A DNA stretch of 64,000 nt from an uncultured Candidatus Saccharibacteria bacterium (GTDB taxonomy: Bacteria; Patescibacteriota; Minisyncoccia; Phycocordibacterales; UBA9973): positions 57,286-121,285 of the forward strand of contig CAZCFW010000001.1 of assembly GCA_964498035.1 (NCBI GenBank). The letters are read 5' to 3'. Both the position numbers and the translations under genes were made by a program. The notes below the pieces were generated by a model. It was given only the letters and a program-made list of their open reading frames with translations, was not told the origin of the DNA and did no database searches. Of the stretch, positions 18,553 through 26,469 are shown piece by piece (within the stretch, counting starts at the first letter, position 1; every line of letters starts with the position of its first letter).

Positions 18553-19491
18553 CTATACAAATAAGAATATGCTACCTAAAATCATCACAATGATGGCAAC
18601 AATTTTAGGTATTAGTACTCGTCTAGAAAGATTTTCCTTTACTATATGTGGTAGGAACTTCGTCCCTAGGAGTGTGAGCCCGAGCACTATGGCTGGCTGG
18701 AAGCTCCCCACGAGGTACACCATTGTGACGGGTGCAAGAAGAAGTGCGAAATTGGTCATTAGGTTCCCAGAAATAGTAGCAAGCTCACTTAATGTATTAA
18801 CGAAAAATATTTTCTTTCCACCAGTGTTATTCATATGCATGAATTCCCTTCTGTATTTCGGTACGAATATGTATATCACAAGCCCAGTGAGCCCAAGCCC
18901 CACGTATTCCCAAAATGATGATACCCAGAAATTATTCTCAATAGTTACATACTTAAATAGTATTCCAGAAAGTGCCACGAGCACACATGCAATCAGCATA
19001 TATATGATCGGCTTGTGTTTGATCCGCTTTTTCTCTTTACTAAAATCAATCGAGAGGAGAATTATTCCAGCAATAATTATTATTCCACCAATAATTTGAT
19101 TTAATGAAAGTGTCTCACCTAGAAATATGTAGCCGAATAAATATCCAAACATTGGCACCGTAAGGAACCATGGCGCAATACTTGAAACTTCTTCAATCTC
19201 AAGTGCATAAAGATAAAGGATAATCCAAATCACAGTCATGAGCCCTGTAAGGCCAAGTATTAAAATATCCTTATTTGAAACGATAAATACATTATCGACA
19301 AATATATAAATAAATACTGCGATGAATATTCCAATTAAACTTGAAAATAAAACTAGCCCACCAGAGCTATGCTCCTTTGCTCTATCTGAATACTTAGATA
19401 TTAGGTATTGATCTGCTATGTTTACGAGTGCCCATAGGAATGGTGCACCCAATGCGATGAAAAACCATGTCATATTGCAATATAATAACAT
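18553..19491 (-). CDS. polytopic membrane protein, probably a DMT/EamA-like transporter
   Basis: About 10 TM helices with two-fold internal symmetry, as in the drug/metabolite transporter superfamily. Confidence 0.45.
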   Translation of the reverse strand: MLLYCNMTWFFIALGAPFLWALVNIADQYLISKYSDRAKEHSSGGLVLFSSLIGIFIAVFIYIFVDNVFIVSNKDILILGLTGLMTVIWIILYLYALEIEEVSSIAPWFLTVPMFGYLFGYIFLGETLSLNQIIGGIIIIAGIILLSIDFSKEKKRIKHKPIIYMLIACVLVALSGILFKYVTIENNFWVSSFWEYVGLGLTGLVIYIFVPKYRREFMHMNNTGGKKIFFVNTLSELATISGNLMTNFALLLAPVTMVYLVGSFQPAIVLGLTLLGTKFLPHIVKENLSRRVLIPKIVAIIVMILGSIFLFV

Positions 19492-19530
19492 TTTCTGTAC
19501 TATTACACCATATAATTAACATATAATTTT

Positions 19531-20421
19531 ATGGTAGATTCAATAATTAATACAACGAAAATTGAAGACGCAGATGTAGTCATACTCTCTGCAGCATACG
19601 AGAAGACTGCATCTTCTAGGAAAGGCACTGCGACTGGCCCAAAGGCAATAATTAAAATGCTCACAAGTAAGCTTGAGCTTTTTGATCGCAATTATAAAGT
19701 AAACGCTTCTGAATATATTAAAATTGCTGAAAAGGATTCTGGAAACATTAGTGTAATGACTCCAAAGAAAGCTCTCGAAAAGATTACCGCTGAATCAAGA
19801 AAAATTCTTGAGAAAAATAAATTTGTATTTCTTCTTGGCGGTGAGCATTCAGTATCACTCGGATTACTTACTGCACTTAAAGAAAATTGGGATCCAAAGG
19901 ATGTGACAGTACTTCAGATAGACGCGCACTGTGATCTACGCAACGATGACTCTGATTACAACGATGACCCTACAAATTTGGCCCATTCTTGCGTTCTAAG
20001 ACGCGTAAATGAGCTTGGCTACCCTCTCGTACAAGTTGGAATTCGCACATACTACAAGGGTGAATATGAGTACTTCTCAAATCCAAAGAATAATGTAAAA
20101 ACATTTGAATGGGGCCCTGGTAAGAAGGTGCCTACAGTGGACGAAGTTTTGAAATCTATAAAGACGAAGAATGTCTACATCACTATCGACGTGGACGGCT
20201 TCGACCCAGCATATATGCCAGGCACTGGCACACCAGTACAAGGCGGGCTTGAGTGGTGGTACGGAGTAGAACTCATCGAGAAAGTTATAAAATCAAAGAA
20301 TTTAATTGGTGCAGATATCGTGGAAGTGGCTCCACAGAAAGAATCAGTTCTCACAGAATATGGCGCTGCTCAGCTCCTTTACTCTATGATCGCTCACAAA
20401 TTTAGAAATCTTTTGAAATAA
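19531..20421 (+). CDS. speB: agmatinase (ureohydrolase/arginase family)
   Basis: Arginase-fold manganese ligand motifs LLGGEHSVS, QIDAHCDLR and ITIDVDGFDP, plus PGTGTP. Confidence 0.75.
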   Translation: MVDSIINTTKIEDADVVILSAAYEKTASSRKGTATGPKAIIKMLTSKLELFDRNYKVNASEYIKIAEKDSGNISVMTPKKALEKITAESRKILEKNKFVFLLGGEHSVSLGLLTALKENWDPKDVTVLQIDAHCDLRNDDSDYNDDPTNLAHSCVLRRVNELGYPLVQVGIRTYYKGEYEYFSNPKNNVKTFEWGPGKKVPTVDEVLKSIKTKNVYITIDVDGFDPAYMPGTGTPVQGGLEWWYGVELIEKVIKSKNLIGADIVEVAPQKESVLTEYGAAQLLYSMIAHKFRNLLK

Positions 20422-20423
20422 TT

Positions 20424-20452
20424 AAAAACCCTAGGCAATGCCTAGGGTTTTT
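20424..20452. terminator. hairpin terminator (ccctaggc-aat-gcctaggg plus T5)
   Basis: Perfect 8-bp GC-rich stem flanked by an A-run and a T-run, between convergent speB and the DUF1566-like gene. Confidence 0.6.
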
Positions 20453-20461
20453 AATTTATAG

Positions 20462-21310
20462 TTATCCTCTTACACAACGAGCGTATAGAGTAGATGCAGT
20501 TTTATTCTGAAGTGAACTTCCCCCGTAACCAAATTCTACTTGCCATACATCAGAATGACCAATAAATAATGCATTACCAGTAGAAGACCAGTAAGCTCCG
20601 CTAGATGGAGTAGCTGGGAAATATGTAGTATCAATAGCAGGACTGTTACTTTCAAGTTTAGTTATTGAAATAAGTTCCATTCTGTTTGGTAGACGCCAGT
20701 CAGTATAGCTCGCAGTTGTGGCCGCTTCGCAGGTAGTTATAGATGTTGCAAAAGTCATTTGAGTTGCTGTTCCAGTGCCACATGACGCCCCAGAAAGGCC
20801 TTCTGTACATTGCTGCCACATTAGAGTTGTGGCGTTGTCAGTAACAGTACTGTTACTATTATCTGTATATCTATCCCCACTTGATGGTAGACCTTTCAGG
20901 TATTCACCATCTTGACCCGTGCCAGTACAAGAGACTGTTGTGTTACTAGAATTTCGGCATATAGTCTGCCCAGTCTTCGGTAAACCCCCTCCGGCAGAAA
21001 GTGTGCCGGCTACTCCCATATAAGTAGTGCCAGATGCAATCTTAGTGGCATCGAGTGTTGGCAATGCTTCGAAAATTTCTTTCAAAGTATGAAAAGTTGC
21101 AGCAGCTGTGCCTGGTGTGGTGAAAGATTGCGCAGCTTCGGTCGCACTCACAGTGTTGTCTATAATTTTATTGTAAATTCCATCGAGAGTATACATCACA
21201 CTTGCTGGAGTAGCACTAGGTGTGAGTGAACCTGCAAAAGTTGTGCGCACAAATGCACCAATCACAAACGCTGCTAAAATATATATCCCAATTTTTAAAT
21301 TTGTTTTCAT
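20462..21310 (-). CDS. secreted Thr/Ser/Gly-rich protein with a C-terminal DUF1566-like (Lcl C-terminal type) domain
   Basis: Signal peptide or TM (IGIYILAAFVIGAF) and a long T/S/G-rich region. The C-terminal block TDWRLPNRMELISI...YWSST...VW.V.F...YARCVRG matches the WRLP..EL and YxRCVR signatures of DUF1566. Confidence 0.55.
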   Translation of the reverse strand: MKTNLKIGIYILAAFVIGAFVRTTFAGSLTPSATPASVMYTLDGIYNKIIDNTVSATEAAQSFTTPGTAAATFHTLKEIFEALPTLDATKIASGTTYMGVAGTLSAGGGLPKTGQTICRNSSNTTVSCTGTGQDGEYLKGLPSSGDRYTDNSNSTVTDNATTLMWQQCTEGLSGASCGTGTATQMTFATSITTCEAATTASYTDWRLPNRMELISITKLESNSPAIDTTYFPATPSSGAYWSSTGNALFIGHSDVWQVEFGYGGSSLQNKTASTLYARCVRG

Positions 21311-21316
21311 AAAATA

Positions 21317-22096
21317 TTAATTAGCTAATAATGAATTAATAATTGCTATAGTTTTAGGGCCGACAATTCCGTCCGGAACTAAACTATTCTCTTTTTGGAA
21401 TTTCTTTATTGCAAAGATTGTTTTGTTGCCAATCTTCCCGTCTTCTACAAGCGGTGCAAGTGCATTTGATTTAATAAATTTATTCAAAGCTTTTTGTAAT
21501 TCTTTAATCTCAGGAATAGGAGATTTTCTAGAAATACTTTTCCCAAATTTAAAATCTATAGTCTTTGGAGGATTTATGGTTGGTGCTTTGACCTCAGGAG
21601 TAGAAAATGGAGCCAAATTTACAGCAACACGACTTGATCCATATGTTCTGCTTGCAGGCTGAATCCAAGAAGTATCGACTTTGTAGTCTACAGTAGAGCA
21701 ACTACTCGTGTTACTACAATTCATCGATATCCAGCCTATGTTTGGACTATATGCATATCCAGAAAAAATCCCAGACTCAATGTTAATACTAACCTGAGAA
21801 AAATCAATCCAGCCAGTATTCTCGCTCCATGCATAGCCTGAGAGAACCCCACGAGCATTTGTAATTCCATAATCCACAGTACTACAGCTATCGGTATTAC
21901 TACAATTCATGGATATCCAGCCAATATTTGGGCTGTATGCATAACCTGAAATAGTAGTTGTGGATACTGTAACTGCAGAAAAATCAATCCAGCCAGTATT
22001 CTCGCTCCATGCATATCCTGAAGTAGAGTCAGCAAAAGCACTTTGTGCAAAAAATATTGCTGACAAAAATATTATAGATATTGAAAAATTTTTCAC
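21317..22096 (-). CDS. secreted repeat protein with a C-terminal peptidoglycan-binding (PG_binding_1-like) domain
   Basis: Signal peptide, then two 60-aa tandem repeats. Each repeat holds GYAWSENTGWIDFS and GYAYSPNIGWISMNCSNTxSCSTVDY. The C-terminus LQKALNKF...LVEDGKIGNKTIFAIKKFQKENSLVPDGIVGPKTIAII matches the 3-helix PG-binding domain. Confidence 0.55.
   Translation of the reverse strand: MKNFSISIIFLSAIFFAQSAFADSTSGYAWSENTGWIDFSAVTVSTTTISGYAYSPNIGWISMNCSNTDSCSTVDYGITNARGVLSGYAWSENTGWIDFSQVSINIESGIFSGYAYSPNIGWISMNCSNTSSCSTVDYKVDTSWIQPASRTYGSSRVAVNLAPFSTPEVKAPTINPPKTIDFKFGKSISRKSPIPEIKELQKALNKFIKSNALAPLVEDGKIGNKTIFAIKKFQKENSLVPDGIVGPKTIAIINSLLAN
21668..22030. repeat. intragenic tandem duplication, two units of about 180 bp
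   Basis: Near-identical 40-mers gagaaaaatcaatccagccagtattctcgctccatgcata at 21806-21845 and 21987-22025 (period 180 bp). Flanking sequence is also similar. Confidence 0.7.
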
Positions 22097-22137
22097 TGCT
22101 TAATTATACAATATACAGCTCTACTCAACAAATTTAA

Positions 22138-23157
22138 TTAAGCAGAGTACTTCTCTATGAGTTTATTTGCTTCAGCTGGATTTGCCTTCATCTCAAGGAG
22201 TGCTGTGAGCATAAGTGGCACCACGATTGTTGCATCAGATTCTACGACGAACATTGGAGTGTCTTTTGTGAGCTTGTCCCAAGTGATCTTTTCATTTGGA
22301 GTAGCACCTGAGTATGAACCGTATGAAGTAGTTGAGTCTGAGATTTGACAGAAGTATGCCCAAGGCTTCACTTCTTGCTCCATGTCGTACTTAAGTGATG
22401 GCACTACGCATATTGGGAAGTCTCCAGCTATACCTCCACCGATTTGGAAGAAGCCAATTCCCTCTCCTTCAGAAAGCTTCTGGTATTGATCATAAAATTC
22501 TCCCATGTATTCGATACCACTTTTTGCAATAGAAGCTGAGGCGTCGCCGTGCTTCACGTGTGATGCGAATATGTTTCCGAAAGTAGAGTCCTCATATCCT
22601 GGAACTACGATTGGAATGTTGTTCTCAGCGGCAGCAAGGAGCCAGCATTCTTCAGCTTTACCTTCATGCTTTTCTTTATCAATAGCTTGGATTAAATCAT
22701 AAAAATATTCATGCCAGAATTTGCGAGTGCCGTTCTTTGTAGCTTCTTCCCATACTGGCACAATGTGCTTCTCCACAGCGCGGAAAGCTTCATCCTCAGG
22801 AATACTTGTGTCTGTCACACGGCGCATACGATTCTCGAGAATCTTTGTGTCGTCTTCCTTTGTGAAATATCTGTAATCTGGAAAGTCCTTATATGAATCA
22901 TGAGCAACTAGGCGGAAAAGTGATTCCTCAAGGTTTGCACCTGTGACAGACATACCGCTGATAAGTCCTGCGCGGATAGCTGGTGCAAGCACGATACCAA
23001 GCTGTGCGGAAGACATAGCTCCAGCTACTGCCCAAAACATCTTGCCTCCTTTCTCTGCGTGGCGCCAGTAAGCGATGAGAGCATCGCGAGTAGCACGAGC
23101 ATTAAAGTTCTTGTAATTTTTTAATATAAATTCTAATGTGTGTAAATTATTTTGCAT
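22138..23157 (-). CDS. deoxyhypusine synthase-like protein (DHS/homospermidine synthase family)
   Basis: 339 aa. Motifs GMSVTGANLEESL and IPIVVPGYEDSTFG (a PxxxDGxxG-like block) and GGGIAGDF resemble the DHS NAD/spermidine-binding family. It sits between arginine-decarboxylase-like and agmatinase genes. Confidence 0.5.
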   Translation of the reverse strand: MQNNLHTLEFILKNYKNFNARATRDALIAYWRHAEKGGKMFWAVAGAMSSAQLGIVLAPAIRAGLISGMSVTGANLEESLFRLVAHDSYKDFPDYRYFTKEDDTKILENRMRRVTDTSIPEDEAFRAVEKHIVPVWEEATKNGTRKFWHEYFYDLIQAIDKEKHEGKAEECWLLAAAENNIPIVVPGYEDSTFGNIFASHVKHGDASASIAKSGIEYMGEFYDQYQKLSEGEGIGFFQIGGGIAGDFPICVVPSLKYDMEQEVKPWAYFCQISDSTTSYGSYSGATPNEKITWDKLTKDTPMFVVESDATIVVPLMLTALLEMKANPAEANKLIEKYSA

Positions 23158-23451
23158 ATGACTATTTTAATATAAATTAATTTATAAGGAAAGCGTAACA
23201 AATTATTTTAAAGCTTCACAAATTATATTCTGAAAAAAGTCCTCGGATCTCCTGTCCAGCCGATTCTGCTGAATCGCAGGCAGGCCAGACATTTTTTCAT
23301 AAAATAATTCGCTCCGCTTGAGCCCAAGAATCAATATATTGCTGTAGATGCAAGGCGGAGGTGAGTACTGCGACCAAAATGTATACTCATACATTGCGAG
23401 AGCAAACGGAACCAGCAACGCAGCAGATGCGGTAATATATTGGTTCTTAAA

Positions 23452-24831
23452 TTACCAGCCGAAATTCTTACCCACCTCGTCTGGTGTTTCTCTCTTACGT
23501 GCTACTACAATGTGCCCATTTTCAGCCACAATTTTAAGTGGTGAGGAAAGCATGCAGTGGTGCGCAGCAAGTGGGTCTTGGTATGCACCAGTATCAAGCA
23601 CAGCTATATACATAGGGTCTCCATCATTCATATCGTAGTCTGGAAGTGTTACAGATCCATTTACTCCTGTATAGATATCATCAGAATCACAAGAAGATCC
23701 TGCTAGCCATACATCCTCCAATTTATCATCCCTCTTATTGTTGAGTGGAATCACAGACCACTTCTGGCCAATAGCCCATGTGTCGAGAAGGTCATTCATG
23801 AAGCTACCATCTATTACATACCACTTCTTTGCATCTGCTTTTTTATTTGAAATGAGTTTACTATCGATAACTTTAAATATCGTAATTTGAGCAGGTGCTA
23901 CTATGTAGCGGCCCCATTCACACACGAGGTTTGGATGTGGCATTCCGCGCTTTTCAGATTCCTTCACGATAAGTGCGAAAATCTTATCCATCAATTTATC
24001 TACTGGGTAGCTACGATTGCGTGTGTATGGGATAGGCATTCCTCCTCCGATGTCGAGGGTGTCGAGAGATGGATTCTTCTCCTTTACTTTGAAGTACACA
24101 TCGAGTGCGTACTTGATAGGGCCGATCACATCAGAGAGCTTCTCGATCTGTGAGCCTATGTGGTAGTGAATAATTTTCAAATTCTTGAAGCTTCCCATGT
24201 CGATGATTTCTTTCGCAGAAAATCCGAAACGATCTATCGGCTTGTTCCAGTATGAAGCAGCCTTCACTGGCATGTCGAGGCGGATGCCCACATCATACTT
24301 TGAGTGCTGAAGGAATTTGAGCTCATTTGGGCCTTCGATAAGTGGAAAGATCTTCACGCCTTTATGCTGAAGGTCGTCTATAAGGTTTATGTATTTGTCT
24401 GTCTTAGGGCCAGAGCAAAGAATGCGGATATTTGGGTTGAAAGATTCTTGCTCAAGCATCTTCTTCACGAGCCATAGGTCATTGAAGGATGAAGTCTCAA
24501 GGTGAGCACCTTCAGAGACCATAGCCATTACCACCTCCTTATTTTGGTTCACTTTCATTGGGTAGTGGTAAAAGAACTTGCCTTTATAACCTACTTTCTT
24601 CGAGAGCTGGAATGACAAGTCTAGGAAGTCCTCAATTCTTTCCTCAATAATGAATGGGAAAAGAATCTCGAGTGATGTGCCCATCTTCTCAGCTAAATAA
24701 CGAATGTTATAAATATTATTTCCTTCTTTTACTACAAGGTCACCGTCTTTATTAAAGTCGAAATATTGTGTATTCCAATCTTTAGATCCGAGCTTCCATA
24801 ATTTTCGGGAAGCAGATACATTTTTGTGCAT
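23452..24831 (-). CDS. PLP-dependent decarboxylase of alanine-racemase fold type III, probably arginine decarboxylase
   Basis: HYHIGSQ (SpeA has HFHIGSQ) and DIGGGMPIPY (fold-III glycine loop) with the CxSxD region. It is 459 aa and clustered with agmatinase. Confidence 0.65.
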   Translation of the reverse strand: MHKNVSASRKLWKLGSKDWNTQYFDFNKDGDLVVKEGNNIYNIRYLAEKMGTSLEILFPFIIEERIEDFLDLSFQLSKKVGYKGKFFYHYPMKVNQNKEVVMAMVSEGAHLETSSFNDLWLVKKMLEQESFNPNIRILCSGPKTDKYINLIDDLQHKGVKIFPLIEGPNELKFLQHSKYDVGIRLDMPVKAASYWNKPIDRFGFSAKEIIDMGSFKNLKIIHYHIGSQIEKLSDVIGPIKYALDVYFKVKEKNPSLDTLDIGGGMPIPYTRNRSYPVDKLMDKIFALIVKESEKRGMPHPNLVCEWGRYIVAPAQITIFKVIDSKLISNKKADAKKWYVIDGSFMNDLLDTWAIGQKWSVIPLNNKRDDKLEDVWLAGSSCDSDDIYTGVNGSVTLPDYDMNDGDPMYIAVLDTGAYQDPLAAHHCMLSSPLKIVAENGHIVVARKRETPDEVGKNFGW

Positions 24832-25032
24832 TATTTATCACGCTGGAGCAGTACCTAGAACTTTTTAGGGCTCTCATTCCTGTTCATACGCACTAACGAT
24901 TAATAAAGTAATAATAGCAGAAATCTCCAGGATGTAAAGTCCTTTAGGTTATCCACATGTTATTTTCTATTTACTAATAAAATTGTATGTGCTTTAATTA
25001 TAAAAAATTAACAAACAAACATTACACCTACC

Positions 25033-25629
25033 ATGAGCAACCCAGAACGTGCCCTCATTGAAGCGGGCCACTACTATCAATCCTATGGACCAACATTTTG
25101 GTCAAACCTTGGAGTAGCTATTTCTAAAAAAATAAGCTCCAAAAATGATCATTCGATGTTATTTGTAGATGATGTTCACCCACTTGAAAACGTATCAAGG
25201 CACGAGGTAATCCACCCTGTGGTACCCCTCATCTTTGATCCAGACCACACCACATTGGAGTCTTCAATGATTCCACTTGCCCATGAATTGCAAAGAAAGT
25301 TAATGCAGTTGCCTAAAAAACTTAGACCAGAACTTAACAAAAAAAATGGAAAGTATTTCATGTCCGGATTCCCCATCACTCATCCTGATGGACGGCCAAC
25401 ATGTGTACTCCTTGATGCTGCGCTTAGTATGCACAAGTATCACTTGGGCTATAAAAGAAACTTTAATGTACTACCGTTATTTTATGAGGAGGAGCAACAT
25501 AATTTAACGAAGATCTTTAAAAGAATTTTCCCGAGTGATTTTGAACTTCAAACAATTCTCTTCAATGAGAAGGGTGAGCAAGTCGGTAATGTTAGGTATA
25601 CAAATTTAATTCACCACGAGGTGCATTAA
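25033..25629 (+). CDS. hypothetical protein (198 aa)
   Basis: Isolated plus-strand ORF with no recognisable motif. A strong hairpin terminator follows it. Confidence 0.45.
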   Translation: MSNPERALIEAGHYYQSYGPTFWSNLGVAISKKISSKNDHSMLFVDDVHPLENVSRHEVIHPVVPLIFDPDHTTLESSMIPLAHELQRKLMQLPKKLRPELNKKNGKYFMSGFPITHPDGRPTCVLLDAALSMHKYHLGYKRNFNVLPLFYEEEQHNLTKIFKRIFPSDFELQTILFNEKGEQVGNVRYTNLIHHEVH

Positions 25630-25648
25630 TATTATTCCAAAATTTATT

Positions 25649-25686
25649 TATAGAGCAGACCATTCATGGTTCTGCTCTATTTTTTA
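25649..25686. terminator. bidirectional hairpin terminator
   Basis: tagagcaga...tctgctcta 9-bp stem followed by TTTTTT. Confidence 0.55.
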
Positions 25687-25689
25687 TTA

Positions 25690-26412
25690 CTATTTGTATG
25701 ACTCATCGACAGCATAATTTGCAAGTATATTTATAGTATTGAAAAGTTTTAATGCTGAATCATTTTGATTAATTGCAAGTGGCAATTCTGTGCACCCAAG
25801 TACAATACCTTCAGCTCCTAATGCCTCCATCCTATTAATAATCCTTAACATAATTTCTTTTTCAGTAGCTCCCTGTTTTCCAGCCATGACTTGGAGGACA
25901 ACATTATCAAGTTCGTTTTGCTCATCATCTGTAGCACTGATTGTTGAAATCTCAGATTTTTCAATTGCATCTTTATATAAATTTAAATCTCTCGTACTGC
26001 GAGAAGATAGAATACCAACTTTTTTGAAATTGTTATTTTTAATTTCTGATACTGTAGATTCAACTATACTTATAATAGGTATAGAAATTTGTTCACGCAT
26101 ATCTTTTGTAAAATGATGCACAGTATTACATGGTAATGTAATAAAATCTGCACCCCATGATTCTAATTTCTTTACTCCTTCGATAAGTTGAGTCTTAACC
26201 ATTTCAGCATCAGCAAAGCCCGTTTCATTAAATCCTACCATTGGCATATTGTATAAATAAACTTTTGCAAAATCAGTATCTTGCTCTGCTCCATATTTAT
26301 TTTGAGCAATCTGTACAATATCCTGAAAGAAATTCGCCGTAGCAGCAGGCCCTGCTCCTCCTAGTATTCCTATAATTTTTGTTGGTTTTAGAGACATATG
26401 TGTATTATACAT
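25690..26412 (-). CDS. aspartate/glutamate racemase family protein, probably aspartate racemase
   Basis: KIIGILGGAGPAATANFF, the first catalytic Cys block LPCNTVHHF and the second GCTELPL. The likely start is the internal Met (MSLKPTKIIGILGG) near 26397. Confidence 0.7.
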   Translation of the reverse strand: MYNTHMSLKPTKIIGILGGAGPAATANFFQDIVQIAQNKYGAEQDTDFAKVYLYNMPMVGFNETGFADAEMVKTQLIEGVKKLESWGADFITLPCNTVHHFTKDMREQISIPIISIVESTVSEIKNNNFKKVGILSSRSTRDLNLYKDAIEKSEISTISATDDEQNELDNVVLQVMAGKQGATEKEIMLRIINRMEALGAEGIVLGCTELPLAINQNDSALKLFNTINILANYAVDESYK

Positions 26413-26430
26413 AATATTGATTTTAATAAA

Positions 26431-26465
26431 AGAAAAAGGACTGCACGTTTTACAGTACAGTCCTT
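26431..26465 (-). terminator. hairpin terminator after the dipeptidase gene (minus strand)
   Basis: 8-bp stem aaggactg/cagtcctt. On the minus strand it is followed by TTTTTCTTTT. Confidence 0.4.
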
Positions 26466-26469
26466 GTTG

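Noticed and set aside
23203-23638. ORFs 23203..23418(-) and 23348..23638(+) in or near the decarboxylase-DHS spacer
   Set aside because: Short, overlapping each other and the decarboxylase 3' end, with no motifs. The region is better explained as structured non-coding RNA (see finding).
24951-24959. Perfect DnaA box TTATCCACA in the decarboxylase/hypothetical divergent spacer
   Set aside because: It is a single isolated 9-mer, with no cluster of boxes, no adjacent AT-rich unwinding element pattern, and no dnaA or dnaN nearby. About 0.5 chance occurrences are expected in 64 kb on both strands.
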